The notes: a model not told the origin generated them from the letters alone. A DNA stretch of 64,000 bases from Eledone cirrhosa (GCA_964016885.1 OZ024757.1:12152001-12216000), one strand, 5' to 3'. Shown: positions 25,877 to 40,088, counted from the stretch's first letter. Made by a program: numbers and translations.

Positions 25877-28385
25877 ACAATATATAAACAGTTTTATAAA
25901 TGATTTTGACGTACCATAAATATTGAGCAACCGTTATGTAGGAAGCCGGTTTGGTAGTGAGAAGTTTATAAATATTTAGTGTTAAGCACAGTTAAAAAGA
26001 AAGACGGAGAAAAAGAAGAAATGTATGTAAAGAAAAACAAAGAGAAATAGAGAGAGATAGGGGAGAGCGAAATAGTGAGGAGGTGAAAAAAGAGAGGCAG
26101 CTGAAGGGAACAGATGAATAATAATAATTCATCATACAAATTGAGAGATTTAGGAGGGAGGGAGTACTGTAATTATTTAGTCATAGTGTTAAGGACAGTT
26201 AGGGAGGAGACGGAGAGAAATAAAAAATGGAGATGAAGATAAAACAGAGAGAGAGATATAGAGTTGGGGGGAAAAAAGAGGTAGACCAAATAATAATAAT
26301 TATATAGGTGGAGGTGAAAATCAAGAGAGAAATAAGAGAGAAACTTGGGAGGCAAAGTCAAAACAACAGATACATAGACTTCATCACATATAAAGAGGGA
26401 GGAGAAGAAAGAGCTATATCTAGAGAGAGGGATGATAGATTTACATCTTTACGTCATGTCCTATCAATTTGAATTATCAATTCATATGAACTGGGTAATA
26501 TAATGTAAATATCAATATTCATGAATGAGACATAGATATATAATGTGTGAAATTAATTTTGCTCAATAATGACCATATGTTTAGTTTAAAATTCTGAGGT
26601 CGATGTACCAAAAACTGAGATAAAACTTCAAAAAAATTACCCTATTTATAAAAATACGGAAATATATAAGTATATACATACACATGCATATGCACTTTCC
26701 GGAAAAGGAAAGAAAGAGATAAAGAGAAGGTCATGTCAAGTTCTAGTTGATATTATAGACATACCCATAAATTTTACGTGATCAACTCTGTAATTTCATG
26801 TTTCACAAAAATTTTTTTTTTCCCTGTGTTATAAAAGATTTCACTATATATATATACATAAAAAATAAACGATTAATATTCATGCCCTCACATACATGAT
26901 TATCGTTCATGTATAGAATATTATGCATATCTGTAACATATCCAGAACTATACCCACACATACATATAGATATATATGTATGCACACATACAGGTACATG
27001 GACAGATAAAATATACTCTGTAATCATTCCATATGCATATTAATACATATGGCCTTTGTACAGAGACAACCAGATATCAATATATCAGCACAGAAATATC
27101 AAAACGTTAAAATATTTTCAGCACTCCCTAGAGTATCTCGGGCCACAAAAACACAGTATGCTTCTTATATTTACCACAGAAATCTACCCTTCTAATTTAT
27201 CTGACAATATATTGCCAAGTTCATTAGAAGCAATCAGAATCAAAAAGCAAACAAAAAACCAAAAATTATTTAACAAAAATTATTTAGCATCCAGTTCTAC
27301 GGATGCTCTTATATTTAGTATAGAAGTTTATCTTGCGTAAAACTTATTCAATAGATTGGGAGCATCTACATTTTAGAGTAGTTTAATTACATCATTAGTT
27401 TATATTTATGAAGAAGGTTTAAAAGAAAAAGTTGAAGGAATCGAAAGATTTACCGTCAAGTTTCATACATTAATTAAATATCTTAATTAATTATACTACA
27501 TTTTAAATTTATATTTATATTTAAACGTTGAGTTCAATCTATGTCTGCAGCAACTGAATAAATTGCTCCTTAAATTAAGGGAATTTTTGTATTTTAATAT
27601 AAAGAATATCTCCTCCACACAGAGGTCACATGTCTCAGATGAGGAATTAAAAGGAATCCCTCTTGAGACAATATTCCAAAACATCGAATACCCAACGTTA
27701 TCATGTTTAAGTTGCCAGAGTAAGCTTGATAGTGAGGTTGAAGATTTTTTGTTTGGATCTGTGAAATAATTCTTATGATTATTGTAGCGAAGTTTAAATT
27801 CTGTCGAGGTCGAACCAACATAGTTAAAAGAATTTGAGTTAGTTTTAACATTACAATTGTATATTATATTTTTAACTAAGCAATTGTTATTTAACGGACA
27901 TTTAGATTTATTTCTACAGTTACAGTTGTTTAATTGAATATTGTTTTGGTTATTATTGGTATTTTGGTTAGGTTTTAGATTCCTATTATTTATTCTGTTA
28001 ATATTTTGTGCTAGATTTTTGGTGGCCGAGTAAGTTAATTTTATAGTATGTCTATTAAAAATTGAGTGATATTTATGTGTTCTAGGGAAGCGTTTGTCAA
28101 GAGCATTAAAAAATAGTTTAATTTGTATGATGAATTATTATTATTCATCTGTTGCCTTCAGCTGCATCTCTTTTTTCACCTCCTCACTATTTCTCTCTCC
28201 CCTATCTCTCTCTATTTCTCTTTGTTTTTCTTTACATAGATTTCTTCTTTTTCTCCGTCTTTCTTTTTAACTGTGCTTAACACTAAATATTTATAAACAT
28301 CTCACTACCAAACCGGCTTCCTACATAACGGTTGCTCAATATTTATGGTATGTCAAAATTATTTATAAAACTGTTTATATATTGT

Positions 28386-28449
28386 ATTATATCTGAAGAA
28401 GGCATGCCATATTTTAAATATGCTATCCCCGAAATATGTATAATGAAAT
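28386..28449 (+). ncRNA. Hammerhead family C
   Basis: ATTATAT CTGAAGA AGGCATGCCATATTTTAAATATGCTATCCCC GAAA TATGTA TA ATGAAAT. Confidence 0.65.
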
Positions 28450-28574
28450 AAATATGGTTTTATAAATATAGTTTCCATTTGTTTGATATCGTATATCCAC
28501 TCCAAAACTTCTCGAGTGCTTTATATCAGTTATAAAATATTTACTTGTAACCCAACAATTTTAAATAAAACTTT

Positions 28575-28614
<40 letters not shown>

Positions 28615-28618
<4 letters not shown>

Positions 28619-29022
28619 TGCTACTGTACGTCTGTATACATATATGTATGTACGTATACATACATACTTACATTTAAGTAAGTGCCGTACTAAGAGTGAG
28701 AAATGAAATTTCGTTTCATAATATTACTTATCGTTTTCGGTACGCCTGGCTGACTTAACTCACTCGATATGCAAATTAGGCTGCTCAGCCGTTAATTTTC
28801 ATAAGGAAAGTATATACTTTCGAACGTTCAACTATCTGGCAGAAGGGTATACGGTGCTGATGATAGCTAACAAGTTTGAAACTAGTTCATCGTTCCTGTG
28901 TCAGTGTTGAACAAAAAGGTGACGTGGTTGCCTTAACGCCATATGGCATAAATCAGGCTGTTCGCTTGTTTACCAACGAACAAAGCGGGCGTTATAATAA
29001 ACGTCCGCTAAACTGATACATA
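28615..29022 (+). mobile_element. Family R non-coding HHR unit, about one copy
   Basis: Matches 59748-60170. Confidence 0.85.
28851..28893 (+). ncRNA. Hammerhead family R
   Basis: ACGGTG-CTGATGA-TAGCTAACAAGTTT-GAAA-CTAG-TT-CATCGT. Confidence 0.82.
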
Positions 29023-29530
29023 CACATATATATACATATATATATATGTACATATATATACATATACATATTAATACATATACATATATATATATATACA
29101 TAAATATACATATATATATACATATATATATACATATATATACATATATATATACATATATATATATACATATATATACATATATATATACACATATATA
29201 TATATACATATACATATATACATATATATATATATATACATATATATACATATACATATATATATATATACATATACATATATGTATATATATATATATA
29301 CATATATATATACATATATATACATATATATATTCATATATATACATATATATATACATATATATACATATATATATATACATATATATACATATATATA
29401 TACATGTATATATACACATATATATATACATATATATACACACATATATATATACATATATATATACATATATATATACATATATATATATATACATATA
29501 TATATACATATATATATACATATATATATA

Positions 29531-29561
<31 letters not shown>

Positions 29562-29613
29562 ATATATATACATATATATATACATATATATATATACACA
29601 TATATATATACAC

Positions 29614-29752
<139 letters not shown>

Positions 29753-29755
29753 CAC

Positions 29756-31038
29756 ATGTGGACGTGATATATCTTGACTTTGCGAAGGCCTTTGACAAGG
29801 TCGACCACGGAATGATATGTCATAAACTACACTGACTCGGCATAACTGGATAAGTAGGTGAGTGGCTGCATGGCTTCCTAAGGGACAGAAGCCAAGCAGT
29901 CGCAGCAAATCGGGCCCTCTCGAAGGAAACACCAATAACAAGTGGGGTGCCCCAGGGGACAGTACTGGGATACCTACTGTTTTTGGTGGCTCTCTCAGAC
30001 ATGGCCTCCGTAGTACATACACCAACATCCCTCACTAGCTATGCTGATGACACTAAATAGCACAGGCAATAAAAAAACCCGGCTGATGCTGCCCTTTTAC
30101 AGCAGGATATGGATGCCATATACAGATGGGCGGAAGTAAACAACATGCAGTTTAATGCTGGCAAATTCCAGGCCCTACAATACACACCTCCAAACAAACC
30201 TGCAAACACAAATATAGTGGAACACAGCTAGACAGGGCCAGGAGGGACCGATATCCCCGTGTCAAAATGGATACGAGACCTGGGCATAGACATGAGCGAT
30301 GATGCATCTTTTTCTTCACACATCATGAAAGTGGCGACAGTGAGCAGACGACTCGCTGGCTGGATCTTGAGGACTTTCCGGACAAGAGATCGAGACACCA
30401 TGTTGACACTATGGAGGACATTTGTCCTAAGCCGCCTGGACTACTACTCCCAGTTGTGGTCAGCCCATAGTGTCAAACTAACCACGGAGCTTGAGGCAAT
30501 CCAGCGATGCTACACCAAGAAGATTGCCAAGATGAGGGAGACAAGCTACTGTGAGAGGCTAAAGGAACTGAACCTCTACTCCTTGGAGCGAAGACGGGAG
30601 CGGTACGCAGTGATCTACATGTGGAAATCCTGGAGGGACTAGCACCAAACTTTGGCATTGGGAGCTGGACCAACCGTCGAACAGGACGTCACTGTGTGGC
30701 GCCAAAGGTCCCGTCTTCCACATCCAGAATAAGGAGCAGGTATTGCAATAGTCTGGGATTCAAGGGCCCTCAACTCTTCAACAGGCTGCCGAGGGATCTG
30801 AGAGACTTGCATAACGTGGAGGTGGATGTCTTCAAGAAACATCTCGACACCTTGTTATCCAGGATCCCGGATGAGCCCACAGCAAGACACGAGGGAAACC
30901 TAAGGGCAGCAGTAACAAACTCCCTCTTACACCAGTGGCCAACCTATACAGGCTGGAGATAAAATGTGTAGCAACGAGGGTGGTGCCCCAGCATGGCCTC
31001 AGACGGATGGCTGAAACAGGTAAAAGATTAAAAGAGTA
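29756..31038 (+). mobile_element. CR1-like LINE family 2, 5'-truncated degraded copy
   Basis: [30 protein letters not shown]; matches 53776-55053; (GTAAAAGA)n tail. Confidence 0.9.
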
Positions 31039-31070
<32 letters not shown>

Positions 31071-31339
31071 CACATATATATATATATACATATATATGTA
31101 TACATATATATATACATATATATATATATACATATATATATATACATATATATATATACATATATATACATATATATATACATATATATATATACATATA
31201 TATATATAAATATATATATATACATATATACATATACATATACATATATACATATACATATAACATATACACATATACATATATATATACATATATATAT
31301 ATACATATATATATATATACATATATACATATATATATA

Positions 31340-31401
31340 TACTCTTTTACTCTTTTATCTGTTTCAGCCATCCGGCTGAGGCCATGTTAGGGCACCGCCC
31401 T
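31340..31401 (-). mobile_element. Tail-only copy of LINE family 2 3' end
   Basis: Reverse complement of AGGGCGGTGCCC.AACATGGCCTCAGCCGGATGGCTGAAACAG.TAAAAGAGTAAAAGAGTA. Confidence 0.8.
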
Positions 31402-31648
31402 ATATATATATACATATACATATATACATATACATATACATATATATATATATATACATATATACATATATATATAAATTATATATACATATATATATAC
31501 ATATAACCATATATATATACATATATATATATATACATATATATATACATATATATATATACATATATATACATATATACATATGTATATATACATATAT
31601 ATATACATATATACATATGTATATATACATATATATATACATATATAC

Positions 31649-31679
<31 letters not shown>

Positions 31680-31680
31680 C

Positions 31681-31735
<55 letters not shown>

Positions 31736-32110
31736 CATATATATATACATATATATATATATACATATATATATATACATATATATATATATACATATAT
31801 ACATATATATATACATATACATATATACATATATATATATATACATATATACATATATATATATATACATATACGTATATATACATATACACATATATAT
31901 ATATATACATATACATATATATATATACATATACATATATATATATATACATATACATATATACATATACATATATACATATATATATATACATATATAT
32001 ACATATACATATATGCATATATATATATATATATACATATATACATATATATACATATACATATATACATATATACATATACATACATACATATACATAT
32101 ATACATATAT

Positions 32111-34183
32111 ATTTCGTTTCTGAATTTGTTTAGCAAGATTCTTTATCTGAAATCGTGTGTTGAAACCGATATTGTTATACTTTGGGAGGGTCATGTTGCC
32201 AATAAGAAACACACGCACCACTTGCTTTCACTTCAATTTATTATATATTTATAAATTTACAAATTTATAAATTTCTGGTTGGTTGGTTGGTTCCATCCAG
32301 ATAGTTGTTTATATATAGTCATAGTTCTTTCGTCACACCCTCTGTGACCTCTTCAGTGACTGGGGATTCCTTTCTTTGTTTCTGTGCCTCTCCTTTGTTC
32401 TGTCCTACGCCATTTTGTTTCTGTGTGTTTGCTGTGCGCTCAGTCTGCGCATGCGCCACATCCGGGTGTCTGTGTGTGTTTATGTTCATTTATCTATTTG
32501 TTTATTTACATGTTACTGGTTGGTTGTTTGTTCTATGTGTGTGTTTTCATTTTGTCCTTAATTGTAAGTTGTGATATTGCTGTTCCACTCATATTTTCTA
32601 TTTAATTTTGGTTGTAATTCTTTTATGTTTATTGCTTCTGTAATTTGTCTAAACATTGCGTCTTTTCTGTGTGTAGATTCTATTTTTATTTCTATGTTCT
32701 CTAATTTACCCTTGTGTTCTATCTTAGCATGTTGGTAGAGTACAGATGATTCTTTATTATCTTGAAGGTCTCGCCAGTGTTCATTTAGCCGTTCCCCTAC
32801 ACTACGAGCTGTCTCACCTATGTACACTATATTTTTGTCTCTACATTGTCCTTCAGTACATCTTATGCTATACACTACATTTCTAGTTTTACAGTTAATA
32901 TGGGGGCTTATTTTACAGGTTACACATTTCTTATCTATACATGAGGGTCTTTGAAAAGGGTATGTCTTGCTAATAAGTGTTTTTACGGAGGTACCTGGTC
33001 TTTCTACTATCTTAATATTGAGTTTATGTTTATTTAGGGCCCTTCTAAATTTGTAAGCTAGTTCACCGCTAGGGGTTGTATCGATGAACATTACACTCTG
33101 GTATTTATTGCTATCATACCATGAGTTTATTCTATTAGCCTTGTTCCTAGTTCTTTCTATTCTATTCCAAAATTTGCTCCTATACAAGGGGCAGGTCCCA
33201 TTCATGTCATTATTTACCATTTTTTCCCATTTGGTTCTGGCTCCTCTATACACTCTGATTCTATCTCTCTGATTGTAGCCAGAGAACTGCATACGGTGGA
33301 TGAAGTGTTTTATGTGTCTCTCTAGTTCTTCGGGGTTGCACATGCGGGACACATTTCTCATCACCCGTACCAAATCAGCAATCAGTATGTTGATTTTGGT
33401 ATGGTCCGAAATGGCCGAGTTTCGGTGGATCAGATGTTTGGAAGTCATGGGTTTGGCATAATGGGAATGGAGGATTTGTTTTTTGTTGTTAATGGTATCT
33501 AACCAGAGCTCTGTGTCTAGTACAGGTAATCGATTGTTGGGGTGTTTACTTGGGTAGTCTATAGTAACTCTAATGCTCTGGTGGATGGAGTTTGCTATTT
33601 ACTGGATGCTTTCCATTGTGTTTTTCTCTAGTTCCTGACTGTTCTCTAGTGGGGGTGTCTTAACTACGATGTTTATATCATCTACGTATCGGGAGTACAT
33701 TATCAGGGTTAAGGGGTCTTCTAATTGTTCTTTAAGTTTAAGTTTAAGTCTACTGTCCCACCATACCATGAATAAGTTAGCTATGTCGCCTGCAATGCTA
33801 ACACCCATGGCTGCTCCTTCCTCTTGGGCATATGTTTTTCCATTAAATTTGAACATATGTTCCTTAAGGGTTAGTTTTATGCTGGCTCCTACCGCATGTG
33901 CAATCATTTTCTTCAGTTCATCGTGGTTTTCGGGTGTCTGTATGGCTCTGTTCCACCCGTTCCATCTATCTGTGTGGGTTTTCTTGGCCATTGAGGTAAT
34001 GGTAGGTGGTCTGCCTCTTGCTGGCCTTGTAGGGCACAGGTTTCTAAGGTCATATGTGTTTGGTAACTATTACTATCGGTAAGCTTAAGTAGGAGTCCCA
34101 GCTCACCGGTATCAATCCCACGGAACTCAACCTTGCTCTCACTGATCATTTCTACGCATTTCTCCACAGCAAAATCCACGTCT
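32111..34183 (-). mobile_element. PLE family A 3' half (RT motifs B/C, GIY-YIG, pLTR)
   Basis: [10 protein letters not shown]..., QEEGAAMGVSIAGDIANLFM, SRYVDDI (33599-33991); GIY-YIG ORF 32558-33448. Confidence 0.9.
32317..32361 (-). ncRNA. Hammerhead family A
   Basis: Same motif as 16150-16194. Confidence 0.85.
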
Positions 34184-34468
34184 ATATATGTATATATATG
34201 TATATATATATATGTATATATATGTATATATATATATATGTATATATATGTATATATATATGTATATATATGTATATATATATATAAATGTATATATATA
34301 TGTACATATATATGTATATATATATGTTTGTATATATATAAGTATATATATATATATATGTATATATGTATATAAATATATATGTATATATATATATATA
34401 TATATGTGTATATATGTATATATGTATATATGTATATATGTATATATTTATATGTATATATGTATATA

Positions 34469-34589
<121 letters not shown>

Positions 34590-34656
34590 GTATGTATATA
34601 TATATATGTATATATGTATATATATGTATATATAAGTAATATATATATGTATATAT

Positions 34657-34747
<91 letters not shown>

Positions 34748-34780
34748 TATGTACATATGTATATGTATATATATATATAT

Positions 34781-34842
34781 AGGGCGGTGCCCCAACATGG
34801 CCTCAGCGGGATGGCTGAAACAGGTAAAAGAGTAAAAGAGTA
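34781..34842 (+). mobile_element. Tail-only copy of LINE family 2 3' end
   Basis: AGGGCGGTGCCCCAACATGGCCTCAGCGGGATGGCTGAAACAGGTAAAAGAGTAAAAGAGTA between (TA)n tracts. Confidence 0.8.
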
Positions 34843-34929
34843 TATATATATATGTATATATATATATGTATATATATATATGTATATGTGTATATGTATA
34901 TATGTATATGTATATATGTATATGAATAT

Positions 34930-34960
<31 letters not shown>

Positions 34961-35740
34961 TATGTATATGTATATATGTATATGTATATATTTTTATATA
35001 TATATATGTATATATATGTATATATATATATATATATAGCAGTTGAGCAGTTGAAGTATAAGGACGTGTTTTTACTTCTCTCCCCGAGTAAGCAGCAAGT
35101 CACACAGCCACAAAACAAAACCACAAGACAAAACCAAACAAACAAAAATTGACCGGTTAATACATTTTCATACATCTATATTATTATATATTTGAAAATT
35201 GACCGGTTAATACATTTTTCATACATCTATATTATTATATATTTGAAACCACGTGTTTTCGAACTTGTGAGTACATTTTCCTTTAACTACAAATTATTAT
35301 TATATACTTTCGTCTTTTCATTAACTTAATTAATTTCAAATAACCAGAATATACATATATATATATATATATACTCATATTTATATATATACGCTTCTCA
35401 CTCACACACAAGAAAAACAAAAAACAAAAATAAATCAAAAATAAATTTAAAAAAAATATATATATATTGAAATACTTAACTAAAACACACACACACGAAC
35501 TTGTGAGTACATTTTCCTTTAACTACAAATTATTATTATATACTTTCGTCTTTTCATTAACTTAATTAATTTCAAATAACCAGAATATACATATATATAT
35601 ATATACTCATATTTATATATATACGCTTCTCACTCACACACAAGAAAAACAAAAAACAAAAATAAATCAAAAATAAATTTTAAAAAAAATATATATATAT
35701 TGAAATACTTAACTAAAACACACACACACTCAAAACTAGA

Positions 35741-36916
35741 ATGGCTAACCAGCAAAAATCCAAACAGAACTGGTCTGATAATGAAATCGACATTCTAATA
35801 AACACATGACATTGCCTTTCCCAAACTGAAGACATACATGCTTCATCTCTGAACGACATTGCTAAACGTACAGTTCAATTTTTGAAAACTCGATCTGAAC
35901 AACAGATTCAAAATAAATTAAAGCAAATCGAAATTGCTTTTAAATTAATCAATAAACATTTGGATAAACTACGGTGTGTTTTCTCTTCGAATGCTGTCCA
36001 GCAGCAGCAACAACAACAACAGCAGCTACAACAGCAACAACAACAACAGCTACAACAACAACATCAACAACAGCTACAACAACAACATCAACAACAGCAA
36101 CAACAACAACAACGACAACAACAGTGTGAACCACTCCTTGATTCATCAACAATGGCCGATCTACTAAATGAAACTATTGACCCCCCAGTAGCCTCTGTCT
36201 CACAGCATGAAACGCCACATCCTTTCTCTGGCCCAGCAGTCCAATCATCACCACTGCCAACATCTCTGCCTACTACTACTACTACTACTACAACATTTTT
36301 GTCTACTGCTATGTCAAGGAATTTACCTTCTAATACCAGAACAAGAACTCTCCCTCCCACAGTCCACAAAGGTCGTCAAATCCTACCCAAACCATCATCT
36401 ACACCTCTCACAACACCCACACCCACATACCCACCCACTCGAAACCCCATCATTTGCCGCTACTCTCTACGCTATAGAATATGTACGGATAGTGGCTGCA
36501 AATTCACCCATTTACCTAGGACAAAACGATCTATCCCCACAAACAGCCACCACCATAATACATACTCTAATTTAACACCAACACAACCACCAATAACTCA
36601 AACAAGGAATCCACAAATCTGCCGTTTTTCCCTGCGAGACAGATTGTGTTTAGACCGGGATTTTCCCTTTACCCATCTCCCGGGGACCCGTCGGATAAAT
36701 GAAAATAAAATTAAAAATAAAAGCAAAAACAAAAACCATAACCTACATAAAAATAACCACTACCACAGTCACCAACAGTCTTCTAAACAGGAAACTTCTT
36801 CCTCTTTTTTAGCCATAATGAATCTGGCAAAAGAACTGGAAAAAAACATTCGAGCTATCACCCAGCACCACCCTCCACTATCACCCCACTGCACAAACTC
36901 CCATTGCTGCCATTAA
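35741..36916 (+). pseudogene. LINE ORF1: Myb/SANT-like domain, polyQ, two CCCH zinc fingers; one premature TGA at 35807
   Basis: MANQQKSKQNWSDNEIDILINT*H...RSEQQIQNKLKQI, in frame with ORF 35882-36916; CRYSLRYRICTDSGCKFTH and CRFSLRDRLCLDRDFPFTH. Confidence 0.72.
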
Positions 36917-39900
36917 CAAACAAACAAATTAACAACACACCAACACAATTAAAACCATCCACTCTCGCCTCTACATTTTTGCTTAACGCCCAAGGCATCA
37001 GCCCTTCCACCAATACTCAAAAATGGAAGATCAAATTCCTGGAGGACTGGATTGATGTCCATCCAAACCACATCCCTTTCTTCGTCCTCACTGAAACCCA
37101 TCTCAGTAACCTCCACTTGGAAGCCGAGGTGAAAGTGAAAAATTTCAAAGCCATCCGTGCTGATCGCGCTGGCAGAAGAAAGGGCGGAACTGCCATTTAT
37201 GTCCATAATTCTTTCTCAACAGAGGCTATGAACATATTCACTAATGGATACTGTGAGGCAGTCACTGTATTCAGTCAAACCAACAACCTATTAGTAGTTG
37301 GGCTCTATAGGCCACCCCAAACGCCTGTACCATGCTTCAAGGAATGCCTCAACAGCATAAAGTGTTTCATCCAAGAGTGTCACCCTGACAACATCTTAAT
37401 GATGGGGGACTTCAACCTCCCCGGAGTTGACTGGTCCACAAACACCCTGCCACCAGGTTCTTCTGCCTCAACCTCTGACAGGGAAGCTGTGGAATCGCTT
37501 CTTGACTTCATGGATGATTTCTTCCTATCCCAACTAGTGTTCGAACCAACGAGGTGCCACAAAAACGTCCTAGACTTAATTTTCAGCAATCACACTGACA
37601 ATATCCACAATATTGCAGTGGAGAAAACTCTACTCTCTGATCATGACATGGTTCTCTGTGATCTGAGATTCCACCGTCCAATATACAAACCCAATGTCAT
37701 CTCTCCTGTCCATCCGTTTGACGCTATGGATTTCCACAATGCAAACTGGGAAGCGATCAGTCATGATCTTGCACATGTCGACTGGTCCTTCACGCACACT
37801 CATACACCCACTAACATCAAAAAGTCCTGGCAGACATTTGTGGACACTGTTACAAACATATGTGCTAAACACACCCCATTAAGAACTATAAACAAATCTA
37901 AGAGCAGAATCCCTAGAAATAGAAAAACGCTCATCAGAAAAATTAAGAGAACGAACAAAAAAATCAACAAGCTGAAATACTGTCAGCAGCAACACATCAA
38001 CTTGACTGCCATTTCATCACTAGAGATTAAAAAACATAACCTCCAAAACAATATGTCTATCATCAACAATCAGAGAAGAGCTGAAGAGGCCTGGGCCATT
38101 GAGAAGATCAAACTCAATCCCAAAGTGTTCTTTTCATTTGCAAAAAAACACAAAATCACTGGCTCTACTGTTGGCCCTCTAATTGATGAAAATGGCACTC
38201 TTCAAGACAATGCTAAAACCATGGGTGAGATACTGCAGAAACAATACTGCTCTGTTTTCAGCAATCCTGATATGGCCGATCTGGGCTGTATCGGCGATGT
38301 TACTCCCCATTACACCTTATCGGACATAACGTTTGGCGCCCCTGATGTCTTGGCGGCAATAAAGGAAATCAAGCATAATTCAGCAGTAGGTCCCGATAGG
38401 TTCCCTGCTTGTGTCTTGAAGGCGTGTCAACACCAACTTGCTTCTCCTCTTGCCAATCTGTGGCGGAACTCACTGGATGCTGGATATGTGCCAGAAAACC
38501 TTCTATCCCAGTCTGTTGTCCCAGTTTTCAAAAAGGGAAACAAATCCCTTGCCGTGAATTACCGTCCAATCTCACTCACCTCTCATATCATTAAGGTATT
38601 TGAGCGAGTGGTGAGATCGCGAATGACCCACTTCCTTGAGAGTAACAATATGATCAACTCCAACCAGCATGGATTCCGTAATGGAAGGGATTGCCTGACG
38701 CAAATACTGCATCACTTTGATGACATTTTGAGAGCCTTGGGAGAGGGTTCCAACACTGATGTTATCTACCTTGATTTCAGCAAGGCCTTTGACAGGGTTG
38801 ATCATAACATTCTACTGAGAAAGCTGTCCAATATTGGTGTCACTGGAAAGCTGCTGCAGTGGATCAAGAGCTTCCTGTCAAACAGAACCCAACATGTTGT
38901 AGTTGAGGGAGTCAAATCAAGCCCAGCCAAAGTCAGTAGTGGAGTCCCACAAGGCACTGTGTTGGGCCCACTTCTCTTCATCATCTATATTAATGACATC
39001 TCTGACATCATCAAACACAGCAACATTAAAATTTTCGCTGATGATTCCAAGCTCCAAAAGGTCATCAATGGCGTGGATGACCGGATAAGCCTTCAGTCAG
39101 ACCTACTGGCTGTTACCCAATGGGCAGAAAAGAACAACATGTTACTGAACGAAGACAAATTCGAACTGATCCACTTTGGAAAAGAGGATGCTCTGAAACT
39201 CCCGTACTCCCTTCCCTCCGGGGAAACTCTCGTGGCATCTAACAACATCAGAGACTTGGGAGTAACCGTGGACAGCAACATAAGCTGGACCACGCATATA
39301 AGCATCAAAGTTGACATGGCCCGCAGAATGTGTTCCTGGATCCTCAGAACCTTCCAGTCGAGAGATTCCCGCACCATTATCCTTCTCTTCTCTACTTTTG
39401 CCCGACCACACCTTGAATACTGTTGTCCACTGTGGTCTCCCCACACGAAACAAAGTATCATGAAACTTGAAGCTCCTCAAAGGGCAATCACGAAAAAGAT
39501 AGATGGCATGTCAGACCTTGACTACTGGGGTCGATTGGAAAACCTGAAACTTTACTCACTCCAACATCGCCGTGAGCGTTATATTATCTGCATGATGTGG
39601 AAAATGTTCCATCATCACTGCCCAAATGATGTTGGCATCGCCTTCAAGATACACCCAAGGCTTGGGCCCCGTGCTATCCGTCCCATTCAAAAATCTAAAT
39701 CGCAACTCATAACAACAATACGGCACAATTATTTCACCTCAATCGGCCCTGCTCTCTTCAACATCACACCAGGACACGTCAAAACAAAAACTGACCACAC
39801 AAAATTCAAGAAGTCTTTGGACAAATTCCTCCAAGTAATCCCGGACAAACCACCCACACCCGGATATGTCTCCGCAAACAGTAATTCTCTTCTCGAATGG

Positions 39901-39921
39901 GCCATGGTGCCCAAATCCTGA
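36904..39921 (+). CDS. LINE ORF2, APE endonuclease + reverse transcriptase, uninterrupted (1005 aa)
   Basis: LNAQG, LTETHL, GDFN, SDH; [37 protein letters not shown]. Confidence 0.95.
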   Translation: MLPLTNKQINNTPTQLKPSTLASTFLLNAQGISPSTNTQKWKIKFLEDWIDVHPNHIPFFVLTETHLSNLHLEAEVKVKNFKAIRADRAGRRKGGTAIYVHNSFSTEAMNIFTNGYCEAVTVFSQTNNLLVVGLYRPPQTPVPCFKECLNSIKCFIQECHPDNILMMGDFNLPGVDWSTNTLPPGSSASTSDREAVESLLDFMDDFFLSQLVFEPTRCHKNVLDLIFSNHTDNIHNIAVEKTLLSDHDMVLCDLRFHRPIYKPNVISPVHPFDAMDFHNANWEAISHDLAHVDWSFTHTHTPTNIKKSWQTFVDTVTNICAKHTPLRTINKSKSRIPRNRKTLIRKIKRTNKKINKLKYCQQQHINLTAISSLEIKKHNLQNNMSIINNQRRAEEAWAIEKIKLNPKVFFSFAKKHKITGSTVGPLIDENGTLQDNAKTMGEILQKQYCSVFSNPDMADLGCIGDVTPHYTLSDITFGAPDVLAAIKEIKHNSAVGPDRFPACVLKACQHQLASPLANLWRNSLDAGYVPENLLSQSVVPVFKKGNKSLAVNYRPISLTSHIIKVFERVVRSRMTHFLESNNMINSNQHGFRNGRDCLTQILHHFDDILRALGEGSNTDVIYLDFSKAFDRVDHNILLRKLSNIGVTGKLLQWIKSFLSNRTQHVVVEGVKSSPAKVSSGVPQGTVLGPLLFIIYINDISDIIKHSNIKIFADDSKLQKVINGVDDRISLQSDLLAVTQWAEKNNMLLNEDKFELIHFGKEDALKLPYSLPSGETLVASNNIRDLGVTVDSNISWTTHISIKVDMARRMCSWILRTFQSRDSRTIILLFSTFARPHLEYCCPLWSPHTKQSIMKLEAPQRAITKKIDGMSDLDYWGRLENLKLYSLQHRRERYIICMMWKMFHHHCPNDVGIAFKIHPRLGPRAIRPIQKSKSQLITTIRHNYFTSIGPALFNITPGHVKTKTDHTKFKKSLDKFLQVIPDKPPTPGYVSANSNSLLEWAMVPKS

Positions 39922-40088
39922 ATTGAAAGACTTCGCCAGGTGGTGCTATTAAGTTAGACATGGCCTGGGCCAATACTGGCCAAAACATTTCAAAGTTATA
40001 TGTATATATATATATATATATGTATATTTATATATATGTATATATATATATATGTATATATATGTATATATATATATGTATATTTATG

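Larger units (their letters stand above)
25768..28580 (-). mobile_element. PLE family C (Hydra-clade-like): GIY-YIG remnant (27496-28119), long 3'UTR and pLTR, plus inverted pLTR (28120-28580, +)
   Basis: NCNCRNKSKCPLNNNCL, YVGSTSTEFKLRYNNH, CDLCVEE, CCRH; 28120-28492 is the reverse complement of 25770-26142. Confidence 0.8.
35038..39998 (+). mobile_element. CR1-like LINE family 1, near full length (5'UTR with ~50-bp and ~235-bp tandem duplications, ORF1, ORF2, short 3'UTR)
   Basis: Two overlapping ORFs; duplications at 35145-35247 and 35261-35729; flanked by (TA)n. Confidence 0.93.

Noticed and set aside
35807-35809. In-frame TGA in ORF1 as selenocysteine
   Set aside because: The position fits the conserved Trp of a Myb-like helix, so a TGG to TGA mutation is simpler; no SECIS seen
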